This document shows positions 44,524 to 52,824 of a stretch of DNA of 64,000 bases, piece after piece. The first letter of the stretch is position 1; every line of letters starts with the position of its first letter. This DNA comes from a virus (Duplodnaviria > Caudoviricetes), in the IMG/VR virus record IMGVR_UViG_3300027282_000088, positions 18,420-82,419 of that record, one strand, 5' to 3'. Position numbers and translations under genes: made by a program. The notes below the pieces were generated by a model. The model did not search any database, was not told the DNA's origin, and worked only from the letters and a program-made list of their open reading frames with translations.

Positions 44524-44876
44524 GCTATCTCATCAAACGCACCGTGATCGCAGCCAAGCGGCTGGAGGCGGGAACGACCGTCCCCGCGCAAAAAATCGGC
44601 GGGGAGGCGCAGATTGCGCGCCTTCTCGCCCTGGGCGCAATCGAAGAGGCCGGGGACGCGGCAGACACCGCGCCGCCGCTTGTCCTCGACGACGCGCTGC
44701 GCGTGGCCTTGACCAATGCCATCAACGCCCTGCCCGGCGACGCCTTCGACAAGAGCGGCAAGCCCAAGGTCAAGGCACTGCAGGACGCGCTTCCCGGTTT
44801 GGCCGACCAGATCACCGCCGCCGCGCGGGATTCGGTCTGGGCCGGGATGCAGGCCGCCGCCAACGCGGCATCCTGA
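44520..44876 (+). CDS. small head-associated protein
   Basis: Paralog of 3610-3966. Confidence 0.65.
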   Translation: MSYLIKRTVIAAKRLEAGTTVPAQKIGGEAQIARLLALGAIEEAGDAADTAPPLVLDDALRVALTNAINALPGDAFDKSGKPKVKALQDALPGLADQITAAARDSVWAGMQAAANAAS

Positions 44877-44936
44877 AATTCCAGAGCGAAAGGATCAATC
44901 GCGAACCTCACGGGCACATAGGGCGACAACCAGACC

Positions 44937-45027
44937 CCTCCGGAGGCGATCCGAGTAGGCGCGGCCCACGCGAGTTGGAGCCTGCAACGTCTGAGGAATG
45001 GACGTGACAGCCGGGAGAGACCGGCAC
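44937..45027 (+). ncRNA. multi-hairpin RNA motif (extended version of 3983-4027)
   Basis: CCTCCGGAGG, CGCG/CGCG, GTTG/CAAC, ACGTC/GACGT and GCCGG-GAGAGA-CCGGC stems. Confidence 0.55.
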
Positions 45028-45052
45028 CAAACACCCAACCCGGAGGCGCGCC

Positions 45053-45280
45053 ATGGCCGAGACGATCAAGAGCACCGACGACACCCGGGTCGAAAACAGC
45101 CCCGTGCGGCACAGCTACCGCAAACTGGGCGACATCGAGAAGGCCCGGGTCGAGGCGATCAAGGATATCGGCCAAAGGTTTCTCGACGAGATCGCCGCCG
45201 ATCAGGGCCGCGAGTTTTCCCTCGCGCGCACCAAGATCGAAGAGGCCGTCATGTGGGCCGTCAAAGGGGTGGCCCGCTGA
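45053..45280 (+). CDS. Acb2/Tad1-like putative nucleotide-signal sponge (anti-defence)
   Basis: YRKL...E......IK..G..F...I and GRE.SLARTKIEEAVMWAVKGVA; GGAGG RBS; absent from A. Confidence 0.7.
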   Translation: MAETIKSTDDTRVENSPVRHSYRKLGDIEKARVEAIKDIGQRFLDEIAADQGREFSLARTKIEEAVMWAVKGVAR

Positions 45281-45705
45281 TGGCCTACCTGACTGTGCAA
45301 GACATGATCGACCGCTACGGCGAAGGCTTCCTCGCCGAAGTGACGGCGCGTGACACAATCCCCGGCGTGATCGGTATGACCGCGCTGCAGGTGGCCGTGG
45401 ACGACGCCGTGTCTGTCGCCGAGAGCTATGTCGCAGGGCTTTACAATGCAGACAATCCGCCCCGTGTCCTGACGATGCATACTGCGGCAATTGCCTGGTA
45501 CCGGCTGCTCGGTGCGCGGGCCGCCGCCTTTGACGGGGCCGAAGAGGGCTATGAGGCCGCGATCAGCTTTCTGCGCGAAGTGCGCAAGGGCGAGGCCTCG
45601 CTCGGAGACGAGACGCCCGAGGACACAGGCCGGGGCAATCCCCAGCTACCCCAGATCAGCGCGCCGGAGGGCACCTTCACCCGCGACAGCCTGAAGGGGT
45701 TCTGA
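45280..45705 (+). CDS. head-tail connector (Mu gp36/DUF1320-like)
   Basis: Paralog of 4051-4476. Confidence 0.8.
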   Translation: MAYLTVQDMIDRYGEGFLAEVTARDTIPGVIGMTALQVAVDDAVSVAESYVAGLYNADNPPRVLTMHTAAIAWYRLLGARAAAFDGAEEGYEAAISFLREVRKGEASLGDETPEDTGRGNPQLPQISAPEGTFTRDSLKGF

Positions 45706-45706
45706 G

Positions 45707-46210
45707 ATGGTCACCCTCACAGTCAGCCTCGACAGTCTCGACTTTGACAGCGCCATTGCCAATGGCCTGCGCCAGTTGTCCGACCTCACCCCTTTGATGC
45801 GCCGCATCGGCACCGTTCTGGAAACCTCCGTCTCGGAGCGGTTCGAGAAGGGCGAAGGCCCGGGCGGCATCGCGTGGCCCGTCTCGCACCGCGCGCGCGA
45901 GTTCGGCGGCAAGACGCTGGTCGACAGTACACGCCTGCGGGACAGCATCGTGACAGAGGCTGACAGCCAGTCCGCGCGCATCGGCACCAACGTGCCCTAC
46001 GCCGCCACCCATCAGTTTGGCGCGTTCATCGAGCCGAAGGCCGCGGGCGGTGACGCCACGGCCAAACTCGCCTTCACCCTGCCCAATGGCCAATTCATCA
46101 TGGTCGACCAGGTCGAAATTCCAGCCCGGCCCTTTCTGGGCTTTGACGACAAGGACGAGACCGACATCGTGGACACGGTCGAGACCTATCTCCGCGAGGT
46201 ATTCGCATGA
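45707..46210 (+). CDS. phage virion morphogenesis protein (gpG/gpS-like)
   Basis: P.G..WP.S, GTNVPYAATHQFG, IPARPFLG motifs. Confidence 0.85.
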   Translation: MVTLTVSLDSLDFDSAIANGLRQLSDLTPLMRRIGTVLETSVSERFEKGEGPGGIAWPVSHRAREFGGKTLVDSTRLRDSIVTEADSQSARIGTNVPYAATHQFGAFIEPKAAGGDATAKLAFTLPNGQFIMVDQVEIPARPFLGFDDKDETDIVDTVETYLREVFA

Positions 46211-46641
46211 ACATCTCCGATGTCATGGCCCGCCTCGCGGCTGAGGTGCCCGAACTTGGCGGTCGTATCGACGGCGGGCGCGCCTTTGTCGATCTGATCC
46301 GCTCGAAGAAACTGCCGGCGCAATCGGTCGCGGCCTATGTCTTTCCCTCCGGCATTCAGGGGGGCCGCCCGGATGCTGCGTCGGGTGTGTTCAGCCAGAT
46401 GCTGACCCACCGCACGAGCGTGGTGATCTTCGCCCAAAGTTTTGATCGCACCGGGGCCGCCTCCCTCGACAAGATCGACCAGTTCCTGATGCGCGTGGTG
46501 CGCGCCTTGGCGGGATGGGCACCGGGCGACGAGGTCGGTGTCTTCCGGTTCGAGCGCGGCCAACTCATGTCCAGCGGTGCCGGTGTGCTCGCCTACCAGC
46601 TTGATTTCTCCATCGATGACCAACTGAGGATCCTCTCATGA
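46207..46641 (+). CDS. tail terminator-like protein
   Basis: Paralog of 4478-4909. Confidence 0.65.
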   Translation: MNISDVMARLAAEVPELGGRIDGGRAFVDLIRSKKLPAQSVAAYVFPSGIQGGRPDAASGVFSQMLTHRTSVVIFAQSFDRTGAASLDKIDQFLMRVVRALAGWAPGDEVGVFRFERGQLMSSGAGVLAYQLDFSIDDQLRILS

Positions 46642-46766
46642 CCAATCTTCCGACCTCCGGCGGGGCGTACACCCGCGATGACAAGGGCGCGCTGAAGCGC
46701 GCGGATGCGTCGCCCTCAAAGCCCGCCCCCACCCCGAAACCCGAGAAGAAGGACGCTGACAAATGA
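46638..46766 (+). CDS. small hypothetical protein (42 aa)
   Basis: Paralog of 4906-5031. Confidence 0.6.
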   Translation: MTNLPTSGGAYTRDDKGALKRADASPSKPAPTPKPEKKDADK

Positions 46767-47698
46767 GCCTGCTCTGGAGACGCAAGGTCCTGCTGGCCAA
46801 GCAGGAAACCACCTATGGCACCGATGCCGCCCCGACCGGCACTGATGCAATCCTCGCCACGGATGTGCGCCTGTCGCCGATGCAGGGTCAGGATCTGGAC
46901 CGCAATCTCGATACGCCGCACGGCGGCCCCACCGGCACGATCCCCGTCGATCTGCACCGCACGATCTCGTTCAAGGTCGAACTGGCAGGCTCCGGTACCG
47001 TCGGCACCGCGCCCCGCTGGGGCCGTCTCCTGCGCGCCTGCGGCTGTGCCGAGACCGTGACGGCGGCCACCTCCGTGGTCTACAACCGGGTCTATTCAAA
47101 CCTCGAGAGCATCACACTCCACCTCAATATCGGCGGCACGCTCTATGCCATGGTGGGCGTGCGCGGCACCGCCGCCTTTGACGTCTCGGCCTCGGGCATT
47201 CCCTATATCGAGTTCGAGTTCACGGCCCTCTATGTGGCCCCGGCCGACGTGGTCCAGCCAACCCCGGACTTTATCGGCATTCCCGACCCGCTGGCCGCGT
47301 CGGATGCCAACACGCCGGTCTTCACGATTGATAGCACCTCGCTCGTGATGCGCAATTTCAAGCTCACCCTCGCCAACCGCATCGAGGCGCAGTTTCTGAT
47401 CGGCGAGGAGGAAGTGATCCTCGACGGGCATGAGAACACCATCGAGGCGCGGGTGCGCGCCGTGACGCTCTCCACCTTCAACCCGTTCACCATGGCGGCC
47501 ACCCAAGAGAAGGTCGCCGTCGAGATCGAGCACGGCAAGACGGCGGGCAACATCGTCAATATCGCGGCCCCGAATGCCCAGATGCAGCGTCCCGAGGGGC
47601 TGGAGGACGGGCAAGGCCGCAAGGAATGGCCGCTGCGCCTCGTGCCACTGCCCACCGCCTCCACCGCCGCCGACCAGTGGGCGATGACGCTCACCTGA
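46763..47698 (+). CDS. major tail tube protein
   Basis: Close paralog of 5028-5963. Confidence 0.8.
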   Translation: MSLLWRRKVLLAKQETTYGTDAAPTGTDAILATDVRLSPMQGQDLDRNLDTPHGGPTGTIPVDLHRTISFKVELAGSGTVGTAPRWGRLLRACGCAETVTAATSVVYNRVYSNLESITLHLNIGGTLYAMVGVRGTAAFDVSASGIPYIEFEFTALYVAPADVVQPTPDFIGIPDPLAASDANTPVFTIDSTSLVMRNFKLTLANRIEAQFLIGEEEVILDGHENTIEARVRAVTLSTFNPFTMAATQEKVAVEIEHGKTAGNIVNIAAPNAQMQRPEGLEDGQGRKEWPLRLVPLPTASTAADQWAMTLT

Positions 47699-47703
47699 GG
47701 GGG

Positions 47704-47726
47704 TTCAACGCCCCCTTCAATGCCCC
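47704..47726 (+). repeat. tandem 12 bp motif
   Basis: ttcaacgccccc-ttcaatgcccc. Confidence 0.7.
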
Positions 47727-47747
47727 TTTGAAAGAGAGTTCACCCCC

Positions 47748-48077
47748 ATGTTCAAGATCGACCAGACGCCGACCTTCACCCACCCTGTCGAGATCAAGGT
47801 GCCCGCCGATGGCGGCCATGATCTCCAGACGCTCAATGCCACCTTCCGCGTGCTGCCCGATGAAGAGATTGAGGCGCTCGACATGCGCACCACGCGCGGC
47901 GAGCGCGAGTTCCTGTCGGCGGCCATCGTCAGTCTCGACGACATCGAGGACGAGAAGGGCAACAAGCTGCCTTACAGCCACGGCCTGCGCGACCGGCTGA
48001 TTGGACTGGCCTATGTCCGCGTCGCCCTGGTCAACGCCTATTACGCGGCGTTGGTGGGGAAACGGGTAAAAAACTGA
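47748..48077 (+). CDS. tail assembly chaperone (G-like) with -1 frameshift site at 48068-48074
   Basis: A AAA AAC TGA as in A. Confidence 0.8.
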   Translation: MFKIDQTPTFTHPVEIKVPADGGHDLQTLNATFRVLPDEEIEALDMRTTRGEREFLSAAIVSLDDIEDEKGNKLPYSHGLRDRLIGLAYVRVALVNAYYAALVGKRVKN

Positions 48078-48424
48078 AATGGGCCGGGCGGGCATGGGCG
48101 CGCGGCGACCTGATCGCAGATGACGCAGGCGGCGACCATGACGACGAGGCGGAATTCTGGGGGATCGACCCGGGTCACCTCCGCCGCGATCCGTCCGGCT
48201 CTGGTGTTTGGCCGCAGAATGTCCCGGCGGTGCGGGCCTTTCTCGCGGTCTGCAATCAATGGCGCACCGTCTCGGCCGGGCTGGCGGGTTTCCGCGTGGT
48301 GGGCCTTGACTACACGGCCGCGCGGGCGGGCCTGCGCATGAGCGGGGTCAAGGTCACGCCCGCGCTTTGGGCCGAGGTGCAGGTGATCGAAGGCGCGGCT
48401 GTGGCCGCGATGAGGGAGAACTGA
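48074..48424 (+). CDS. frameshift extension of the tail chaperone (GT-like)
   Basis: -1 frame open to TGA 48422-48424. Confidence 0.75.
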   Translation: MKWAGRAWARGDLIADDAGGDHDDEAEFWGIDPGHLRRDPSGSGVWPQNVPAVRAFLAVCNQWRTVSAGLAGFRVVGLDYTAARAGLRMSGVKVTPALWAEVQVIEGAAVAAMREN

Positions 48425-48425
48425 G

Positions 48426-51077
48426 ATGGCATTCCGTGTCCAGGGCGAGATCCTCATGGACGCCGATCAGGCGAAGGCGGAGTTGCAGGCCACCGGCACC
48501 GCCGCGAAATCGGCCTCCCAGGACATTCGCGGCGTCGGCACCCAAGGTGCAACCGCCGCACGCGGGGTCAAGCAGCTTGAGACGGCCGCCAGAACCTCCG
48601 CTACGGGCCTTAGGGCGGCAAGCTCGGCCGCCGAGGTCAATGCAGCGGCGACCCAGAAAATGGCCTCGGCCAATCGCCTCGCCGCAGGCTCGATGGGCAA
48701 CCTCGTGGCGCAGGGCAATGACGTGTTTGTCATGCTCGCGGCGGGTCAGAACCCGCTCACGCTGGCCATTCAGCAGGGCACGCAAATCACTCAGGTGATC
48801 GGGCCGCTCGGGGCGGCGGGCGCGTTCCGGGCATTGGGCGGGGCGGTTCTCGCGATGCTGAGCCCGATCAATCTGATCACCATCGGCGCACTGGCGGCGA
48901 CCGCTACCGTGGTCAATTGGTTCATGTCCTCCTCGGAAGAGGCCGAGAGTTTCGCGGACAGCGTCGAGGCGCTCGAGAACCGGATCGACAGCCTGAGGGA
49001 CAAGATCGCCGAGGCCTCATCCACCCGGCTCGAACTGGCCGACCGCTTCGGCGAAGGCTTTGTGGACCGCGCCCAAGACCTGCTCGACCGGATCGTCGAG
49101 GCCGAGAAGCGTATCACCGCCCGTGAGACCGGCGAAAACATCGGAGATTTTCTGGGCGAAACCGGCGTGGACTTTGGGCGCATCAACCGCAACCGCAACC
49201 TCCTGCCGCAATCGGTCGACGGCGGGCTCGACGTGGCCGAGGGTCAAGCGCTCTCCACGCTCGCTTCTGAGTTCGACCTCAGCGGTCTCTTTGGGCGGAT
49301 GCGTGCCGGGAGCCGTGAACTTGTTCAAGACGTTCTCAACGATTTCGCCGCCCTTCAGGAGGCCGCGCAAGGCACGGTCGAAGAACAAGCCGCCGCCGTC
49401 GACGCGCTGATCGAGAGCTACACCCGCGCCGCGCTGGCCTCGGGGGAGACGTCCGAGGCAGAGCAAGACCGCCTCCTGACGCTTGACAAAATGCGTCTGA
49501 CCCTGGCCGAAGTTGCCAAGCTGCAAGGGGAAGACCCCGCCCGAAACCGCCAGACCGAAGAAATGCTGACCTTCCTCGATCTGGTGACCAAAAGCACCGG
49601 CGAGCAGCTGAAGGCCGAGGCGGCGGCGCAGGCCACGCTCTCGACCATGATCCAGCAGAATGGCGTGGCCGAGGCTATCGCGCGGGCAGGCGCGGACAGT
49701 GCCGAGGTGACGCGGTTGCGCGCGCAGTTCGCCCTCGATGCGGCGCTTGCGGAGGCCGACGCCTCTGGCGCGAGCGAAGAAACAAAAGAGGCCATGCGCG
49801 AGGCCGCACAACACACCTTTGAAATCGCGACGAGCGACATGTCCGGCAGCATCCGCGCGGCCGCCGACGAGGCCGCGCGGCTCTCGGCCGAGGTGCGCGG
49901 TGCCGTCGATGCCATGTTCGACCTGCAATCCCAAGGCCAGGTCGGGTTGGAGAACGCCCGTATCCGGGCGGAGTTTCGCGACGATCCGATTGGGCGCGCC
50001 GGAGCCTTGGCCGGTGCTAGGTTCGACCGCGAGACGGCGGTAATCCGGGGCGAGGCCAGCGGCGATACGGCAACAGTCGATGACCTAAATGCGCGCCGGG
50101 ACGCCGTTGTCGAACTGGCCCGTGAGACATCCCGCCTCAACGAGCTAGCCCGGCCGACGCGGTCCGGCAGCGGCGCGCGTGGCGCATCGGCCAACGAGAC
50201 CCTGCGCGAACAGCAGGCGCTCGACCGGCTGATCGAGAGCAAGCGGCGCGAGATCGAGGCGCTGCGCGAGAGCGACCCGGTGCAGCGCGAGATGATCCGC
50301 CTGCGCGACCGCCTGACCGCCGCGACGCCAAAGCAACGCGCGGAGATCGAGGCGCTCGTCGAGGCCCATGAGAACGAGCGCGTCGCCATGGAGCGCAAGG
50401 AGGAATTCAACAACGCCGTCGACGACGTGCTGCTCGAGGCCGAAAGCCTCCGGGACGTCTGGGAGGGGATCGGCGACATGGTCATCCGCGCGGCCAAGGA
50501 AGCGCTGATCCTCGGCACCGGCCCGCTCTCCGGTCTCTTTGGGGGCAGCGGTGGCGGTGGTGGCGGCCTTGGCGATCTCTTTGGTCTCCTCTCGGGCGGG
50601 TCGCTGATCAATATTGCGTCTGGCGGCTTGCCCGGCGAGATGGCGCCCGGCTTTGCCAGTGGCGGCGATCCTCTTGTCACCCGTCCCGGCCTCCTCTTGG
50701 GCGCGGGCACAGGCCGGGGGGACAGGATCCGCGCGATGGTAAGCGCCGGGGAATTCATCATGACGGCCGAGGCCACGGCCCGCAACCGCGCGGTGCTCGA
50801 GGCCATGAACGCAGGCGCGATCATTCCAGGCTTTGCCGGGGGCGGCCTGCCCCTGCCCGCGCAGGCTGCCGGTGCGACGCGAGCCCAGAGCGGTAGCGCG
50901 GGCCCGCGCATCGAGGTCGTGGCCCGCGTCGAGAACGGCAGCATCGTCCAGGACGTGCGCCGCATATCGGGGGAAGTGGCCGTGCAGGTGACGCGGGCCG
51001 GGATTGAGCAATTCACGCGCAGCGGCCTGCCGCAGGCGGTTGATCGTATCAACAAAGACCCCCGGAGGCGCGGTTGA
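48426..51077 (+). CDS. tail tape measure protein
   Basis: 883 aa; N-terminal part nearly identical to A, central patch and C-terminal tip divergent. Confidence 0.9.
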   Translation: MAFRVQGEILMDADQAKAELQATGTAAKSASQDIRGVGTQGATAARGVKQLETAARTSATGLRAASSAAEVNAAATQKMASANRLAAGSMGNLVAQGNDVFVMLAAGQNPLTLAIQQGTQITQVIGPLGAAGAFRALGGAVLAMLSPINLITIGALAATATVVNWFMSSSEEAESFADSVEALENRIDSLRDKIAEASSTRLELADRFGEGFVDRAQDLLDRIVEAEKRITARETGENIGDFLGETGVDFGRINRNRNLLPQSVDGGLDVAEGQALSTLASEFDLSGLFGRMRAGSRELVQDVLNDFAALQEAAQGTVEEQAAAVDALIESYTRAALASGETSEAEQDRLLTLDKMRLTLAEVAKLQGEDPARNRQTEEMLTFLDLVTKSTGEQLKAEAAAQATLSTMIQQNGVAEAIARAGADSAEVTRLRAQFALDAALAEADASGASEETKEAMREAAQHTFEIATSDMSGSIRAAADEAARLSAEVRGAVDAMFDLQSQGQVGLENARIRAEFRDDPIGRAGALAGARFDRETAVIRGEASGDTATVDDLNARRDAVVELARETSRLNELARPTRSGSGARGASANETLREQQALDRLIESKRREIEALRESDPVQREMIRLRDRLTAATPKQRAEIEALVEAHENERVAMERKEEFNNAVDDVLLEAESLRDVWEGIGDMVIRAAKEALILGTGPLSGLFGGSGGGGGGLGDLFGLLSGGSLINIASGGLPGEMAPGFASGGDPLVTRPGLLLGAGTGRGDRIRAMVSAGEFIMTAEATARNRAVLEAMNAGAIIPGFAGGGLPLPAQAAGATRAQSGSAGPRIEVVARVENGSIVQDVRRISGEVAVQVTRAGIEQFTRSGLPQAVDRINKDPRRRG

Positions 51078-51739
51078 TGCCCTTGGCTTTTCCCCTCGTT
51101 CTGGCCGAGTTCCAAGACCGGCTGAAAATCTCGGTCTCGCAGCTCGTGATCAACACGCCCATGCAGATCGACCGCACGGCCAGCGGCATTCCTCTGCCTG
51201 CGCTGCTGGGTGCGCCGGTGTGGCGCGGGTCGCTTACCCTTCCCCCCATGAGCAATCGCAGCAATGCCGCGCGGATCGACGCGCTCTTGTCCGTGCTGGA
51301 CACGCCGGGGGCGTCGTTTCTGGTCTACGATCCGGCAAAGACGCATCCGGCAGATGATCCGACCGGGGCGATCCTTGGCGCGGCCACGCCCACGGTCGCA
51401 CAGCTTGATGCGGCAGATGCGCGGATGATCAAGCTGCAAGGCATGCCCGGTCTCTATTGGCTGCGCGGTGGCGATTTCATGGGCGTGCAGTATGGCTCCA
51501 GCCCCGTGCGATATGGCCTGCATCGGGTGGTGAGTGATATCCAGTCCGGCGCTCCGGGCACGACCGCATGGTTTCAAGTGACGCCGCCGCTCCAGCCGGG
51601 GATTGTCGTTGGCGATCCCGTGACGCTGATCAGGCCGGTAATCAAGGCGCGGCTCGAACCAAATCCGGCCTACGGCGCACATCGCGCGGGCAGAGCCGAG
51701 GGCGCACAGTTCTCCTTTGTGCAAAGCGTGGGGGTGTAG
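51074..51739 (+). CDS. distal tail protein (Dit-like)
   Basis: Position; W.G.LTL...SFLVYD pattern distantly like 9311. Confidence 0.65.
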   Translation: MMPLAFPLVLAEFQDRLKISVSQLVINTPMQIDRTASGIPLPALLGAPVWRGSLTLPPMSNRSNAARIDALLSVLDTPGASFLVYDPAKTHPADDPTGAILGAATPTVAQLDAADARMIKLQGMPGLYWLRGGDFMGVQYGSSPVRYGLHRVVSDIQSGAPGTTAWFQVTPPLQPGIVVGDPVTLIRPVIKARLEPNPAYGAHRAGRAEGAQFSFVQSVGV

Positions 51740-52444
51740 ATGCGCGATTACGGCACCGCCACCGAAAATATGCTGGCCAGCCTTACGGGTGTCATATCCC
51801 GGCATCTGGTGTGGGTATCAGCGCGGCGCAAATCCACAGGGCTGATCGAGGCCGTGGGGTTCTGGAATGGGCTTGATGTTCGGCAATTCACCGTTGGCGA
51901 GACCGCGCGCAGCTATCAGGGCGCGGGCTCAATCCTTGGGCTTGATCCGATCCGGGGCGAAGTGGGCTTGAATGTACGAATGCACACAATCCGTTTTTCC
52001 GGCATTCCGGCTGCGGTGGTCAATCTGGTGAACCTCTATGACCTGCGCGGTGCGCCGGTCGAGGTGCACCGGGTGTTTTTCGATCCGGTCAAGGCGGTGC
52101 AGGTCGGCGTGCCCGTGCGGGTGATCAAAGGTTGGGTCGAAGAGATGCCCCTGCCGCGCGCCGCAGAGGGGCAATCGGCGGATGTCACCATGACGGTGGC
52201 AAGCGCCGCGCGGGCGTTGACCCGGACCTTGGCGCTCAAGAAGTCCAATTCCGCGCAGCGCCGGATCAACGCCACGGACCGGGGGCGGGAGAATGCCGCC
52301 ACCTCGGGCGCGGTGCCGGTGTTCTGGGGGTCAGGCAAGTCGCAGAACGGCGCGCCGCCGCCCACGAGCGTCACGCCGTCCACACCCACGGCAGACGAGC
52401 GCGCGGGCGGGGGCAGTACCAGCAACGGGGATAGTCGTGGATGA
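51740..52444 (+). CDS. minor tail/hub protein
   Basis: Distant paralog of 9979-10638. Confidence 0.6.
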   Translation: MRDYGTATENMLASLTGVISRHLVWVSARRKSTGLIEAVGFWNGLDVRQFTVGETARSYQGAGSILGLDPIRGEVGLNVRMHTIRFSGIPAAVVNLVNLYDLRGAPVEVHRVFFDPVKAVQVGVPVRVIKGWVEEMPLPRAAEGQSADVTMTVASAARALTRTLALKKSNSAQRRINATDRGRENAATSGAVPVFWGSGKSQNGAPPPTSVTPSTPTADERAGGGSTSNGDSRG

Positions 52445-52824
52445 GCCGGGCACAGATGCTGATCGCCTATCTCGACACTGTGCGGGTGATGCGCTTTCGC
52501 CCCGGCAGCCACGATTGCGGCATGTATGTCGCCGGGTGGGTCAAGGCCGCGACGGGCGTGGATCACGGCGAGCGGTGGCGCGGGCGCTATCGCAGCATGG
52601 CGGGGCTTGCCCGCGTGATGGCCGAAGACGGCTTTGCCAGCCATGTCGATTATATCGCCAGCCTCTTCCCGGAGATCCCGCCCGCCATGGCGCAGGTGGG
52701 CGATCTGGCGGTGTGCGAGGGCAGCGCCATGGGCATCTTTGCCAGCGACCGCGTGTTCGTGCTGCGCCCCGACGGGCTGGGCCATTTATCGCGCCTCAAG
52801 GCGGCGAGGGCTTTCAAGATATGA
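52441..52824 (+). CDS. NlpC/P60-like tail protein (DUF6950-like)
   Basis: HDCGMY.A.WV...TG.D....WRGRY, AQVGDL. Confidence 0.7.
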   Translation: MSRAQMLIAYLDTVRVMRFRPGSHDCGMYVAGWVKAATGVDHGERWRGRYRSMAGLARVMAEDGFASHVDYIASLFPEIPPAMAQVGDLAVCEGSAMGIFASDRVFVLRPDGLGHLSRLKAARAFKI

